A stretch of DNA of 64,000 bases, taken from assembly GCF_017348835.2 (NCBI RefSeq), contig NZ_CP071375.1, one strand, 5' to 3'. The stretch is from Escherichia coli (GTDB lineage Bacteria; Pseudomonadota; Gammaproteobacteria; Enterobacterales; Enterobacteriaceae). A program made the translations under genes and the position numbers. Position 1 is the first letter of the stretch, and every line of letters starts with the position of its first letter. Of this stretch, positions 17,732 to 28,667 are shown piece after piece. The notes beneath the pieces are model-generated. The model was given only the letters and a program-made list of their open reading frames with translations, did not search any database and was not told where the DNA came from.

Positions 17732-18527
17732 GGTTCTCTCCAGCTTTAGTGTCGTTTTGTGTAGGGCAAAAACGAATGACATTCGTTAAATTAATCGGAA
17801 AACAAAGCATTACCTTTTAACTAAAAGATAAGTGACTGTGTTGACATAGTTTTAGCGAGAAATTAATTCTCCATAGGAGAGCAATATCACATCGCAGAAT
17901 TACAGTGAGAACGTGCATAAATTTAGCGGGAAAAGACATAAAGGAAAGCCAATTTGTCAGACAAATTGTCGAATGCACAGCAGATTAATCCATAAGATTA
18001 GCCTGGAAATCCTTGTTGTCTTTGGTACCCATGCGGGATGTCTTCTTTTTAACCAGTCAATAGGCCGCATTACCTGGCGTTGAGTTTTTGAAATGGTGTA
18101 ATAACCACAACTCAAAGATGTGGAAAATGCGCGCCATTCATTTTGCCATTAATTATCACTGTGCTCATTAATTAACAGAACACGTATAATGAGAGCCATC
18201 TCGCAAAAATGAAAAAACGTTTTATAAAATCATCACTTCATCATGAATTCAAATTCATCGATTAATATCAACAAGATACAAAAAGCACTATCATTAAAAT
18301 TCATTGCAGTTACATTGATTTCATCAATGAAATGTAAAAATATATAAACTTGATGATTTAAGCATTTTCTTATACCCGTTCAGACGTTATTCTTATTTCA
18401 GATCATCGTCAGAATTGACTCCACGATCACATTTCGGACCGGCAGAAAGGAATTATTCTGCAAACAGTAATTATGGTGTTTTGATTTATCTTGCACCTCT
18501 CCACTTCTGGATATAAGGATATTAGGT

Positions 18528-19031
18528 ATGGCAACCGCTGGAATGCTTCTCAAACTCAACTCTCAAATGAACCGCGAGTTTTACGCATCCAATCTCTACC
18601 TTCACCTGAGTAACTGGTGTTCTGAACAGAGTCTGAACGGCACCGCCACTTTCCTTCGCGCCCAGGCACAGAGTAATGTGACCCAAATGATGCGCATGTT
18701 TAACTTTATGAAGAGTGTCGGCGCTACCCCCATCGTTAAAGCCATTGATGTTCCCGGTGAAAAACTGAACTCTCTGGAAGAACTGTTCCAAAAAACGATG
18801 GAAGAATACGAGCAACGTTCTAGTACGTTGGCACAGTTAGCCGATGAAGCGAAAGAACTGAATGATGATTCAACCGTCAATTTCCTGCGCGATCTGGAAA
18901 AAGAACAGCAGCATGATGGCCTGTTGCTGCAAACCATTCTTGATGAAGTGCGCAGTGCGAAACTTGCGGGTATGTGCCCTGTGCAGACCGACCAACATGT
19001 TCTGAATGTCGTGTCGCATCAGCTGCATTGA
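18528..19031 (+). CDS. ftnB: Ferritin-like protein FtnB
   Basis: 167-aa ORF matching FtnB (YecI). Confidence 0.94.
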   Translation: MATAGMLLKLNSQMNREFYASNLYLHLSNWCSEQSLNGTATFLRAQAQSNVTQMMRMFNFMKSVGATPIVKAIDVPGEKLNSLEELFQKTMEEYEQRSSTLAQLADEAKELNDDSTVNFLRDLEKEQQHDGLLLQTILDEVRSAKLAGMCPVQTDQHVLNVVSHQLH

Positions 19032-19073
19032 TCATACATCGGCGCTAATGCATTGCGCCGATGAAGTTTTTGA

Positions 19074-19112
19074 GAAACCGCTGCCTCATCTTTTTGAAGC
19101 AGCGGTTTTTTT
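19074..19112. terminator. Terminator between convergent ftnB and yecJ
   Basis: Hairpin gaaaccgctgc...gcagcggtttc followed by a T-run; a second inverted repeat catcggcgc/gcgccgatg lies at 19036..19063. Confidence 0.75.
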
Positions 19113-19362
19113 AATGGGATTCGCCCTGTGGGGTAAACTTGAGTTCAATCAGCGCGATGGCTTTTTGGATTGCCCGCATGGTGACCGGGTCTGCGGCGGC
19201 GGGATGGTTAGTAAAGTCGATGTTCTTCAGCTGGCTGGACATTTTTTCGCGAACTTCAACGGGCGCGATTACATCCAGAACGTCGAGAATTTGTTTGATA
19301 ACCAACTGGCAAGCAACCACATCAGAAACCAGTTCCTGATCGGCATTCAGCGGCTGGGACAT
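19111..19362 (-). CDS. yecJ: DUF2766 protein YecJ
   Basis: 83-aa ORF matching YecJ. Confidence 0.9.
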
Positions 19363-19446
19363 CGTAAACTCCTGATAGCATTTTGAAAGCCGTTATAGTA
19401 GCGGCTTCACATCTTCAGCGATAGTCACATCCACCGTCATCAGGAC

Positions 19447-19477
19447 ACAAAAAAACCTGCCGAAGCAGGTTTTTTTG
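19447..19477 (-). terminator. Rho-independent terminator of azuC (IsrB transcript)
   Basis: A-run, acctgc-cgaa-gcaggt hairpin, T-run; abuts the azuC stop. Confidence 0.8.
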
Positions 19478-19564
19478 TTATCGGAACATATTGCCTGGCG
19501 GTACGTCTTTGAACGTCTTGCAATAGTTATTGAACATACTTTTCAGGATCTTGCGCAGTTTCAT
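19478..19564 (-). CDS. azuC: Small membrane-associated protein AzuC (28 aa; mRNA also known as sRNA IsrB)
   Basis: Manual minus-strand translation gives MKLRKILKSMFNNYCKTFKDVPPGNMFR*. Below the ORF-track size cutoff. Confidence 0.9.
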   Translation of the reverse strand: MKLRKILKSMFNNYCKTFKDVPPGNMFR

Positions 19565-19646
19565 CGCGGCACTCCGACCATTTGTTATACAGGTGTTATT
19601 GTCTTTGCGCTTATAATATGACAACCATCACAAAAATCAATCTTTA

Positions 19647-19662
19647 TGTGATACAAATCACA
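19647..19662. promoter_or_regulatory. Consensus CRP site (TGTGA-N6-TCACA) upstream of azuC
   Basis: tgtgatacaaatcaca is a perfect CRP core motif about 85-100 bp upstream of the azuC start codon. Confidence 0.7.
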
Positions 19663-19826
19663 TAAATACCCCTTTAATGTTATAAAAATGATAATCAAAA
19701 AACAGCCCCCCTATTTCTGACACCTACAGATGGCAAGAAATAGCGCCTGCCAGGCGTCTTTTCCGGCCATTGTCGTAGCGCTGTAACGCGTAAAATACTG
19801 CTTTCTCTTACTCTTCTGGCTGGACC

Positions 19827-20150
19827 ATGAGACTTCTGATTCTGACTCTTTCATTAATAACGCTGGCGGGGTGTACGGTTACTCACCAGGCCCATGTGAG
19901 CGAAGTTGACGCGGCAACAGGTATTGTACGGTTGGTTTATGACCAGGCTTTTTTGCAGCATGCCCATACCGATCGTTATGTCAGTCGCGGGATCGCCGAT
20001 CGCGCATGCCAGCAGGAAGGCTATACCCACGCGATCCCCTTTGGTCAGCCAGTAGGCAACTGTAGCCTTTTTGCGGGTTCCTTATGTTTGAATACGGAAT
20101 TCACTTTGTCATATCAGTGCCATCATTCCGCCTTCCCTGTCTTTCTCTAA
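19827..20150 (+). CDS. yecR: Lipoprotein YecR (flagellar regulon member)
   Basis: 107-aa ORF with a lipoprotein signal (LITLAGC); matches YecR. Confidence 0.9.
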   Translation: MRLLILTLSLITLAGCTVTHQAHVSEVDAATGIVRLVYDQAFLQHAHTDRYVSRGIADRACQQEGYTHAIPFGQPVGNCSLFAGSLCLNTEFTLSYQCHHSAFPVFL

Positions 20151-20321
20151 ATGTTTTAATCAGCGAGGGGGATCTTCGCTGATTAAATAAATAGCGGTAA
20201 TGCGTTTTATTCCCATTCGTATTTTTAATAAATGAAGTTTATATTTTACCTTTTGCAAATAATAAAATAACAAATTATAGTGACGCCACAGCAACAAATA
20301 TAACCTTTGTGGAGCACTATC

Positions 20322-20819
20322 ATGCTGAAACCAGAAATGATTGAAAAACTTAATGAGCAGATGAACCTGGAACTGTACTCTTCACTGCTTTATCAGCAAA
20401 TGAGCGCCTGGTGCAGCTATCATACCTTCGAAGGTGCTGCCGCGTTCCTGCGCCGCCACGCCCAGGAAGAGATGACACATATGCAGCGTCTGTTTGATTA
20501 CCTGACTGATACCGGAAACTTACCACGTATTAATACCGTTGAATCTCCGTTTGCTGAATATTCTTCACTTGATGAATTATTCCAGGAAACCTATAAACAC
20601 GAACAATTAATCACGCAGAAAATTAACGAACTGGCTCATGCTGCAATGACCAATCAGGACTACCCAACATTTAATTTCCTGCAATGGTATGTTTCTGAGC
20701 AGCATGAAGAAGAGAAACTGTTCAAATCGATTATTGATAAATTAAGCCTGGCAGGCAAAAGCGGCGAAGGTTTGTATTTTATCGACAAAGAACTCTCTAC
20801 CCTCGACACACAAAACTAA
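20322..20819 (+). CDS. ftnA: Ferritin FtnA
   Basis: ORF track 20307..20819; known FtnA starts [13 protein letters not shown] (165 aa). Confidence 0.95.
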
Positions 20820-20826
20820 TGTTCTC

Positions 20827-20853
20827 CGGCGGCAGGTTTACTGCCGCCGTTTC
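20827..20853 (+). terminator. Rho-independent terminator after ftnA
   Basis: Hairpin ccggcggcag-gttta-ctgccgccg followed by ttt. Confidence 0.75.
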
Positions 20854-20856
20854 AAA

Positions 20857-21096
20857 TCAGTGACGGCAAATCTTACTCTGATCGGTCGAAAAACCTTCTT
20901 CCGAAGGTATAAATTTGCCTTTTGCTGCCAGAAACGCTACCAGCTCTCCCGCTGTCATCCCTTCTGCCGAGCAAGTGTGAAAACGTGCCTGTTCACCAAA
21001 ACGCGCTTTAATCGCAGCTTCCAGACTGGCATGCGTATATTGCTCACCTGATTCAATCATCATATTTAACACTTCATGACCGTGAATAGAGTCCAT
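20857..21096 (-). CDS. yecH: DUF2492 protein YecH
   Basis: 79-aa ORF matching YecH. Confidence 0.9.
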   Translation of the reverse strand: MDSIHGHEVLNMMIESGEQYTHASLEAAIKARFGEQARFHTCSAEGMTAGELVAFLAAKGKFIPSEEGFSTDQSKICRH

Positions 21097-21177
21097 CGTT
21101 CCTCCTCGAAAAAAGGCTAGCGTAGCGATTGCCGCTTACCAAGACTTTGCGCCAGCGCAGGACTGAACGCATTTTAT

Positions 21178-21195
21178 TGTACATTTATATTTACA
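21178..21195. promoter_or_regulatory. TyrR box upstream of tyrP
   Basis: tgtacatttatatttaca matches TGTAAA-N6-TTTACA with one mismatch, about 95 bp upstream of the tyrP start. Confidence 0.7.
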
Positions 21196-21286
21196 CCATA
21201 TGTAACGCCGGTTTGACGAAGCAGCCGTTATGCCTTAACCTGCGCCGCAGATATCACTCATAAAGATCGTCAGGACAGAAGAAAGC

Positions 21287-22498
21287 GTGAAAAACAGAAC
21301 TCTGGGAAGTGTTTTTATCGTGGCGGGAACCACAATTGGCGCAGGCATGCTGGCAATGCCGCTGGCTGCTGCAGGTGTTGGTTTTAGCGTCACGTTAATC
21401 TTGTTGATTGGGCTTTGGGCGTTGATGTGCTACACGGCGCTATTACTGCTGGAGGTGTACCAGCATGTTCCGGCAGATACCGGTCTGGGCACGCTGGCAA
21501 AACGCTATCTGGGACGCTACGGTCAATGGCTGACGGGCTTCAGTATGATGTTCTTAATGTATGCTCTGACTGCGGCATACATCAGCGGTGCCGGTGAATT
21601 GTTGGCCTCCAGCATCAGCGACTGGACAGGTATTTCAATGTCGGCAACCGCTGGCGTGCTGTTGTTCACTTTTGTTGCCGGTGGCGTGGTTTGTGTTGGA
21701 ACATCGCTGGTCGATTTATTTAACCGTTTTCTGTTCAGCGCCAAAATTCTTTTTTTGGTGGTGATGCTGGTATTGCTGCTACCGCATATTCACAAAGTGA
21801 ATCTTTTAACCCTGCCGTTGCAACAGGGGCTGGCACTGTCTGCAATCCCGGTGATTTTTACGTCGTTTGGTTTTCACGGTAGCGTGCCGAGTATTGTCAG
21901 CTATATGGATGGCAACATTCGTAAGCTACGCTGGGTGTTTATAACCGGTAGTGCGATCCCCCTGGTGGCATATATTTTCTGGCAGGTGGCGACGCTTGGC
22001 AGCATTGATTCAACAACCTTTATGGGATTGCTGGCTAATCATGCCGGATTAAACGGGCTGTTACAGGCGTTACGCGAAATGGTGGCCTCTCCGCATGTTG
22101 AGCTGGCAGTGCATTTATTTGCTGATTTAGCCCTCGCCACGTCATTTCTCGGCGTTGCGTTAGGCTTATTTGATTATCTGGCTGATTTGTTTCAGCGTTC
22201 AAATACCGTTGGTGGAAGATTGCAAACTGGTGCAATTACCTTTCTGCCGCCGTTGGCGTTTGCACTGTTTTATCCACGAGGATTTGTGATGGCGCTGGGT
22301 TACGCCGGTGTGGCGCTGGCGGTACTGGCATTGATTATCCCTTCGCTGTTGACCTGGCAAAGCAGAAAGCACAATCCTCAAGCGGGTTACCGGGTCAAAG
22401 GTGGTCGTCCGGCGCTGGTGGTGGTGTTTCTCTGTGGTATTGCTGTGATTGGCGTGCAATTTTTGATTGCGGCAGGGTTGTTACCAGAAGTGGGGTGA
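21287..22498 (+). CDS. tyrP: Tyrosine-specific transporter TyrP (GTG start)
   Basis: 403-aa ORF matching TyrP. Confidence 0.95.
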   Translation: MKNRTLGSVFIVAGTTIGAGMLAMPLAAAGVGFSVTLILLIGLWALMCYTALLLLEVYQHVPADTGLGTLAKRYLGRYGQWLTGFSMMFLMYALTAAYISGAGELLASSISDWTGISMSATAGVLLFTFVAGGVVCVGTSLVDLFNRFLFSAKILFLVVMLVLLLPHIHKVNLLTLPLQQGLALSAIPVIFTSFGFHGSVPSIVSYMDGNIRKLRWVFITGSAIPLVAYIFWQVATLGSIDSTTFMGLLANHAGLNGLLQALREMVASPHVELAVHLFADLALATSFLGVALGLFDYLADLFQRSNTVGGRLQTGAITFLPPLAFALFYPRGFVMALGYAGVALAVLALIIPSLLTWQSRKHNPQAGYRVKGGRPALVVVFLCGIAVIGVQFLIAAGLLPEVG

Positions 22499-22520
22499 TC
22501 AGATAGCCTCAAATTCCTTA

Positions 22521-22550
22521 TTGGGTGCCAGAATTAACGCTGACACCCAA
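22521..22550. terminator. Hairpin between convergent tyrP and yecA (probable terminator)
   Basis: ttgggtgccag...ctgacacccaa inverted repeat (one mismatch) followed by ttt. Confidence 0.55.
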
Positions 22551-22559
22551 TTTGACCTC

Positions 22560-23225
22560 TTAATGCAGGCAGCACTGCTTAAATTTCTTACCACTGCCGC
22601 ACGGGCAAGGATCGTTACGCCCCGGTTTCTCTTCTGCTTTGATCGGTTGCTGAACAGCTTTTTCCTGCGGATGCGCCATCCAGTATGCATGTAGATCAAG
22701 CGCCGCCAGTCGAATGGCATCTACGCTCTCTTCAAACGCTTCTGGCGACATCTTCTCTACCCGCTCGAAGTTTTCCTCAGTACCGTGCAGCGCTATCGCC
22801 TCCAGCGCTGGTTTTAACGAATCGGGCAATGTTGACCAGTCAGAAAGTGCCACGCCCCGCATATAGCCAAAGCACCACTCCTCAACAATCGTCAGCTCGC
22901 TGCCATCAACTTCTCGCAAGCCGAATAACGGCTCAAACTGCTCCGGGAATTCGTTCAGACGCTCTGCGGTATCGGCCATATGTTGAAAAGCCAGGTTCAT
23001 AAAGCGCGTCATCTCTTTCTCTGACGCCCAGCGCGGCACATAGTCAGCCCCACCCCACACGGCAACCAGCCACTGTGCCGGTTCAATCTCTTGCGGAGAA
23101 CTCAACACTGCCGTCAATAAACCGTCCAGCTCCGCCACATCAAGGATGGCGTGGTCAGTGTTGTATTTGGTCAGAATATCGTCCAGCCATTCCAACTCAC
23201 TTTCGTTTAACGGTCCCGTTTTCAT
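22560..23225 (-). CDS. yecA: UPF0149 / SEC-C motif protein YecA
   Basis: 221-aa ORF ending in the SEC-C-type metal-binding motif [13 protein letters not shown]. Confidence 0.93.
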   Translation of the reverse strand: MKTGPLNESELEWLDDILTKYNTDHAILDVAELDGLLTAVLSSPQEIEPAQWLVAVWGGADYVPRWASEKEMTRFMNLAFQHMADTAERLNEFPEQFEPLFGLREVDGSELTIVEEWCFGYMRGVALSDWSTLPDSLKPALEAIALHGTEENFERVEKMSPEAFEESVDAIRLAALDLHAYWMAHPQEKAVQQPIKAEEKPGRNDPCPCGSGKKFKQCCLH

Positions 23226-23352
23226 ACGCTTTTCCTTGTGGATCTCAACTCGCCAGCACCTATCTTACATGCCGGTCCGTATCAGAGATACTTTTTGAGT
23301 GGCTTTGCCGGTGATTAAAAATTAAGGAGGGTGTAATGACAAGTTGCAGGCA

Positions 23353-23378
23353 CAAAAAAACCACCCGAAGGTGGTTTC
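23353..23378 (-). terminator. Terminator of the glyW-cysT-leuZ tRNA operon
   Basis: accaccc-gaa-gggtggt hairpin followed on the minus strand by a 7-nt T-run, just downstream of the leuZ 3' end. Confidence 0.8.
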
Positions 23379-23420
23379 ACGACACTGCTTATTGCTTTGA
23401 TTTTATTCTTATCTTTCCCA

Positions 23421-23507
23421 TGGTACCCGGAGCGGGACTTGAACCCGCACAGCGCGAACGCCGAGGGATTTTAAATCCCTTGTGTCTACCGATTCCACCA
23501 TCCGGGC
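23421..23507 (-). tRNA. leuZ: tRNA-Leu (anticodon UAA)
   Basis: Minus strand reads GCCCGGATGGTGGAATCGGTAGACACAAGGGATTTAAAATCCC...CCGGGTACCA (87 nt, encoded CCA end). Confidence 0.96.
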
Positions 23508-23519
23508 TCGGGAAGAAAG

Positions 23520-23593
23520 TGGAGGCGCGTTCCGGAGTCGAACCGGACTAGACGGATTTGCAATCCGCTACATAACCGCTTTGTTAACGCGCC
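23520..23593 (-). tRNA. cysT: tRNA-Cys (anticodon GCA)
   Basis: Minus strand reads GGCGCGTTAACAAAGCGGTTATGTAGCGGATTGCAAATCCGTCTAGTCCGGTTCGACTCCGGAACGCGCCTCCA (74 nt). Confidence 0.96.
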
Positions 23594-23647
23594 AAATTCT
23601 TCAGGCCTTTCAGCCAGACATCCGCTTGAGGCCGATGTCTTTTAAAC

Positions 23648-23723
<76 letters not shown>

Positions 23724-23874
23724 ATTCATCAAGCAATCAGTTAATCACTTGATTTTATTATCGTCTGGCAATCAATGCCGCCGTTCGATGCGTTGCATTC
23801 TACTTACCTGGCGCGATGAGTCAACGATATTTTTCACCACTTTTGATCGTTTGCTGAAAATTGCGCCGAAACGA

Positions 23875-24423
23875 TCACTGATCAAGCAAATCTGCACGCG
23901 CAGCGCTCAAATATTGCAACATTGACCACAGAGTCAGTACCGCAGCCACAAAGAAAAGTGCAATACCGGCGTACTCAACCCAAATGTTCGGACGCCACAG
24001 CAGCCATGCCAACGCCACCATCTGGGCAGTGGTTTTCACTTTCCCAATCCAGGAGACAGCCACGCTACTGCGTTTACCCAACTCCGCCATCCATTCGCGT
24101 AGCGCAGAAATAATAATTTCACGGGCGATCATCGTTGCCGCCGGTAAGGTCACCCACCAGCTGTGGTAATGCTCGGTTACCAGCACCATGGCGATAGCCA
24201 CGAGAACTTTATCTGCTACAGGGTCAAGGAAAGCACCAAACCGGGTACTCTGGTTCCAGCGGCGTGCCAGAAAACCATCGAACCAGTCAGTCACCGCCGC
24301 GACGCAGAAAATGAGCGCGGCGGCAAACGGCGACCAGGTGACAGGCAGATAAAAGACCAATACAAAGAATGGGATAAGGATGACACGGAACAGTGTAAGC
24401 AACGTAGGGATATTAAATTGCAT
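23875..24423 (-). CDS. pgsA: CDP-diacylglycerol--glycerol-3-phosphate 3-phosphatidyltransferase PgsA
   Basis: 182-aa ORF matching PgsA. Confidence 0.95.
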
Positions 24424-24479
24424 AATGACGGGTAACTATCTGTTGTCAGTAAGATTACCCCTATGTTGCTACAGAGACA

Positions 24480-26312
24480 TCAATGTTTCAACAACCAGAA
24501 GATCTTTTCTGCCAGACCTTGCGAAATACCCGGCACTTTTGCAATTTCCTCGACGCTGGCGTTACGTAAACCTTGCAAACCGCCCATATATTTCAACAAC
24601 ATTTGCCGGCGTTTTGGCCCGACGCCTTCAATGGTTTCCAGGGAACTGGTATTTTTGACCTTCGCCCGTTTTTTACGGTGCCCGCCAATCGCGTGATCAT
24701 GTGATTCATCGCGAATATGCTGGATAACATGCAGCGCGGGAGAATCTGGCGGCAAACTGAATCCCTCACCTTCCGGCTCAAAGAACAGCGTTTCCAGCCC
24801 AGCCTTACGATCTGCTCCTTTGGCAACGCCAAGTAGCAGCGGATGATTTTTATCCCATGAGACATCCAGTTCGGCGAAGACATTTTTCGCCTGCGCAAGC
24901 TGGCCTTTGCCGCCGTCGATAAGTATCACATCCGGGATCTTACTGTCGTCGATGGCTTTACCATAACGCCGACGCAGCACCTGATTCATCGCCGCATAAT
25001 CATCGCCCGGCGTGATGCCAGTAATGTTATAGCGCCGATACTCCGCACGCAGCGGGCCGTTAGCATCAAACACCACACAGGAAGCGACGGTTTGTTCACC
25101 CATGGTATGGCTGATGTCAAAGCACTCCATCCGCTTCACTTCCGGCAATTTCAACACGCTGGCAAGTGCTGTAAGCCGCTGGTGAACGGTAGATTGCTGC
25201 GAAAGTTTGCTGGTTAAGGCCGTCGCCGCATTGGTGCGCGCGAGTTTCAGATAACGCGCTCTATCGCCACGAGGTTTGGTTTGAACATTAATCTTGCGTC
25301 CCGCCAGTTCTGAAAGGGAATCGGCGAGCAGCGTTTTATCGCTAAGATTAAAATCGAGCAGGATCTCACCCGGTAAGGTGCGCATCTGGCTGCCTTGTAA
25401 ATAGAACTGACCTACGAAGGTTTCTACCACCTCGCTCAGTTCCGTACCGCCAGGCACTTTCGGGAAATAGCTGCGGCTGCCGAGCACTTTGCCCTGACGA
25501 ATGAACAATACGTGGACACAAGCCATGCCCGCATCGAACGCCACACCAATAACGTCGAGGTCGTCGCCGGTATTGGAAACGAATTGTTTTTCGGTGACGC
25601 GTCGCACCGCCTGAATTTGGTCGCGAATACGTGCAGCTTCTTCAAACTCCAGATTCTGGCTGGCAGTTTCCATACGACTAATGAGTTGCGTAAGCACCTG
25701 ATCATCTTTGCCAGACAAAAACAGGCGCACATACTCGACCTGCTGAGCGTATTCTTCTTCACTCACCAGTCCTTCAACGCACGGTCCCAGACAGCGCCCT
25801 ATCTGATATTGCAGACACGGACGCGAGCGATTGCGATAAACACTATTTTCGCACTGGCGAATGGGGAAAATCTTTTGCAGTAGCGCCAGTGTTTCACGTA
25901 CGGCATAGCCATTCGGGAACGGGCCGAAATATTCACCTTTGGCATGCTTTGCACCACGATGCATCGCCAGACGCGGATGGGTATCGCCACTCAGGAAGAT
26001 AAAGGGATAAGATTTATCATCGCGTAGTAAAACGTTGTAACGCGGCTGATAGAGTTTGATGTAGTTGTGTTCCAGCAACAGCGCTTCGGTTTCTGTATGA
26101 GTAACCGTTACATCAATTTGCTGGATCTGGGCGACCAGCGCTTCGGTTTTGCGCGAAGCGAGGTTGCTACGGAAATAGCTGGAAAGCCGTTTTTTCAGGT
26201 CTTTCGCTTTGCCGACATAGATAACCGTACCACCAGCATCGTACATGCGATAAACGCCAGGCTGGCTGGTTACGGTTTTTAAAAACGCTTTTGCGTCAAA
26301 CTGATCACTCAC
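24480..26312 (-). CDS. uvrC: Excinuclease ABC subunit C UvrC
   Basis: 610-aa ORF matching UvrC (GIY-YIG N-terminus, C-terminal HhH). Confidence 0.96.
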   Translation of the reverse strand: MSDQFDAKAFLKTVTSQPGVYRMYDAGGTVIYVGKAKDLKKRLSSYFRSNLASRKTEALVAQIQQIDVTVTHTETEALLLEHNYIKLYQPRYNVLLRDDKSYPFIFLSGDTHPRLAMHRGAKHAKGEYFGPFPNGYAVRETLALLQKIFPIRQCENSVYRNRSRPCLQYQIGRCLGPCVEGLVSEEEYAQQVEYVRLFLSGKDDQVLTQLISRMETASQNLEFEEAARIRDQIQAVRRVTEKQFVSNTGDDLDVIGVAFDAGMACVHVLFIRQGKVLGSRSYFPKVPGGTELSEVVETFVGQFYLQGSQMRTLPGEILLDFNLSDKTLLADSLSELAGRKINVQTKPRGDRARYLKLARTNAATALTSKLSQQSTVHQRLTALASVLKLPEVKRMECFDISHTMGEQTVASCVVFDANGPLRAEYRRYNITGITPGDDYAAMNQVLRRRYGKAIDDSKIPDVILIDGGKGQLAQAKNVFAELDVSWDKNHPLLLGVAKGADRKAGLETLFFEPEGEGFSLPPDSPALHVIQHIRDESHDHAIGGHRKKRAKVKNTSSLETIEGVGPKRRQMLLKYMGGLQGLRNASVEEIAKVPGISQGLAEKIFWLLKH

Positions 26313-26965
26313 TGACTTGATAATGTCTCCGCATTACACAGACCATGGCGAATTGCCAGGTGAGTCAGCTCAACATCGCCATGAATGTTTAGTTTACTGA
26401 ACATACGATAGCGGTAGCTGTTCACCGTTTTCGGACTGAGATTGAGCTGTTCTGAGATCTCATTGACCTTCTGGCCCTTTGTGATCATCAGCATAATCTG
26501 CAATTCACGTTCAGACAAACTGGCAAATGGGCTTTCTGTTTTTTCTGGTTCAATCTGGCTTAACGCCATTTGTTGAGCGATGTCAGAAGCAATGTAACGC
26601 TGCCCTGAATAGACAGAACGGATCGCACTCACGACTTCCTGCGGAGCCGCGCCTTTGCTGAGGTAGCCCGCAGCACCGGCCTGCATGACTTTCGCTGGTA
26701 AAGGGTTTTCTGTATGGACGGTAAGCATGATGATTTTGACATCAGCTGTGGAACGCGCGATTTTACGCGTCGCCTCAAGACCGCCAATGCCCGGCATACT
26801 CATGTCCATTAGCACCACGTCAACGGCATTTGCCCGACACCACTTAACGGCGTCTTCACCGCACGATGCCTCACCGACGACTTTTATACCCTTTATATCT
26901 TCCAGAATGCGTCGTATCCCTGCGCGCACCAGTTCGTGGTCATCAACAAGTAGAACGTTGATCAA
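26309..26965 (-). CDS. uvrY: Response regulator UvrY (BarA partner)
   Basis: 218-aa ORF matching UvrY; 4-nt overlap with uvrC. Confidence 0.96.
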   Translation of the reverse strand: MINVLLVDDHELVRAGIRRILEDIKGIKVVGEASCGEDAVKWCRANAVDVVLMDMSMPGIGGLEATRKIARSTADVKIIMLTVHTENPLPAKVMQAGAAGYLSKGAAPQEVVSAIRSVYSGQRYIASDIAQQMALSQIEPEKTESPFASLSERELQIMLMITKGQKVNEISEQLNLSPKTVNSYRYRMFSKLNIHGDVELTHLAIRHGLCNAETLSSQ

Positions 26966-27423
26966 AGGAATATCTCCAGAAATAGGGATAACGCTACTGA
27001 TAGTTAGTCATTCGTATATTAGCGGTTTTTATTGCAACTTTGAAACGTTAAAAATGGTGGGTATTCGATTTTTCTCTCGTTTTTGTCAATTCGATTGTCC
27101 ACAGTTATGGTCACGCCCGTCACCAACGGCTTACCGGATCGTTTCACAGTAAGCCCTGCGACGAAATGTGACAAAAATTACCTTTATTCAGCAAAAATGA
27201 AAATCAGCCCGCTGAATATGTAACATTAATTAACCCGAACAATACGGGCAAAAAACATTCATGATAAAAATATTTATTGGTCATTATATTAACGCATTTA
27301 ATAGCACCGTTGACGATACGCTCAAAAAACAACCACTGCTATTTTTAGCAAAGCTTATGGTATACTCCGCCGCCTTAACATTTTTCACCGCAAATTTTCA
27401 TTGCAACATGACGAGGAAAATAA

Positions 27424-27648
27424 ATGAGTACGCCTGATTTTTCTACTGCCGAGAATAATCAAGAACTGGCAAATGAAGTCTCCTGCCTGAAAGCGATGCT
27501 GACGCTGATGCTGCAGGCGATGGGACAAGCTGACGCGGGCCGCGTGATGTTAAAGATGGAAAAACAGCTTGCGCTGATCGAAGACGAAACCCAGGCTGCA
27601 GTATTTTCCAAAACGGTTAAGCAAATTAAACAAGCCTACCGTCAGTAA
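27424..27648 (+). CDS. yecF: DUF2594 protein YecF
   Basis: 74-aa ORF matching YecF. Confidence 0.88.
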
Positions 27649-27651
27649 TAT

Positions 27652-27689
27652 AAAACCGGCTGAGAGCGTGCCTTTCAGCCGGTTTTTGC
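27652..27689. terminator. Bidirectional terminator between convergent yecF and sdiA
   Basis: aaccggctga...tcagccggtt hairpin flanked by an A-run and a T-run. Confidence 0.8.
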
Positions 27690-27715
27690 ATCTGGCACGC
27701 AGAACAGAAAAGAGA

Positions 27716-28438
27716 TCAAATTAAGCCAGTAGCGGCCGCGTAACAGGCAACCTGCGTCTTATTTGGTGCATTAATTTTTTTCTGCATGTTTTTCTGGTGG
27801 AAATTGACCGTATTCTCAGAGATTGACAAAATCATCGCTATCTCTGCTGATGTCTTCCCTTCCGCCGTCCACCTCAGAATTTCTTTTTCGCGCTTGCTGA
27901 AATTCATCTCTGGCGTCATCACTATTTCATCATTTAACCGCATCAGAGTCATCAGACTTTCGCGCACCAGTAACTGCATTTTTAATTGCAGCTCATCACT
28001 AAGAATGGGTATTTCGCGCGCGCTGCAACGGGAAAAGGACAAAAAGCCCAGCGCCCGGTTTGGCAGCATTAAATACTGAGTGACACCGCGGCGTAAACCA
28101 TGTGCGCGCGCGGCTTCCCATAACGGCTGTGCTTCGCTGAATAAGTCATCATTCCACATTAAATGGCCCTGACTAAAGTTTTCAGGGTTCAGCACCGGAT
28201 CAATTGCGAGAAAGTTTTTTGCCTGATAATAACTAACCCACGCCTCAGGGTAATTGGTGTAGAAAGCCACTTTAGGTCGCGTGAATGGTACCGGGTGGCG
28301 AACACATAACGAATAGTAATCGTACTCCAGCTGCTGAGCCTGAAGCTCTATTTCATGGTAGACCTCTTCTGCGGCCTCCATCCTCTGAAAACGCAACAGC
28401 ATCGTGCGACGCCAGCTGAAAAAATCCGTATCCTGCAT
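27716..28438 (-). CDS. sdiA: LuxR-family quorum-sensing regulator SdiA
   Basis: ORF track 27716..28450; known SdiA starts MQDTDFFSWRRTMLLRFQRME (240 aa). Confidence 0.94.
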   Translation of the reverse strand: MQDTDFFSWRRTMLLRFQRMEAAEEVYHEIELQAQQLEYDYYSLCVRHPVPFTRPKVAFYTNYPEAWVSYYQAKNFLAIDPVLNPENFSQGHLMWNDDLFSEAQPLWEAARAHGLRRGVTQYLMLPNRALGFLSFSRCSAREIPILSDELQLKMQLLVRESLMTLMRLNDEIVMTPEMNFSKREKEILRWTAEGKTSAEIAMILSISENTVNFHQKNMQKKINAPNKTQVACYAAATGLI

Positions 28439-28629
28439 AGTAAACCGCAACGCCCCTGAGAGTGAGTATCATTTATAATGATAATTCAAACTATCACATA
28501 AATAAGATTTATATATAATTTATATTATTCAGGCAATGAATTACTTTTGCAAGCCATCGCATTCTCTTATGTTATTAATGAGTTATGCTGATTTGTTAAG
28601 CAGTTTTATCAGGCTTGAAATGGCGTCCC

Positions 28630-28664
28630 GCCCCGACAGGTGAATCGTCGGGGCTGATTTTTTC
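28630..28664 (+). other. Hairpin plus T-run in the sdiA-tcyN intergenic region (terminator-like in plus orientation)
   Basis: gccccgac-aggtgaatc-gtcggggc followed by tgattttttc; lies 4-38 nt beyond the tcyN stop but its U-tract is on the plus strand. Confidence 0.5.
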
Positions 28665-28667
28665 TTA

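Noticed and set aside
20158-20184. Hairpin aatcagcga...tcgctgatt after yecR as a rho-independent terminator
   Set aside because: Stem is clear but it is followed by an A-run rather than a T-run on the yecR strand; left out of the feature list as unconfirmed.
27261-27437. About 58-codon plus-strand ORF upstream of and overlapping the yecF start
   Set aside because: No Shine-Dalgarno, AT-rich promoter-like sequence, overlaps a probable yecF promoter (extended -10 tggtatact); likely spurious.
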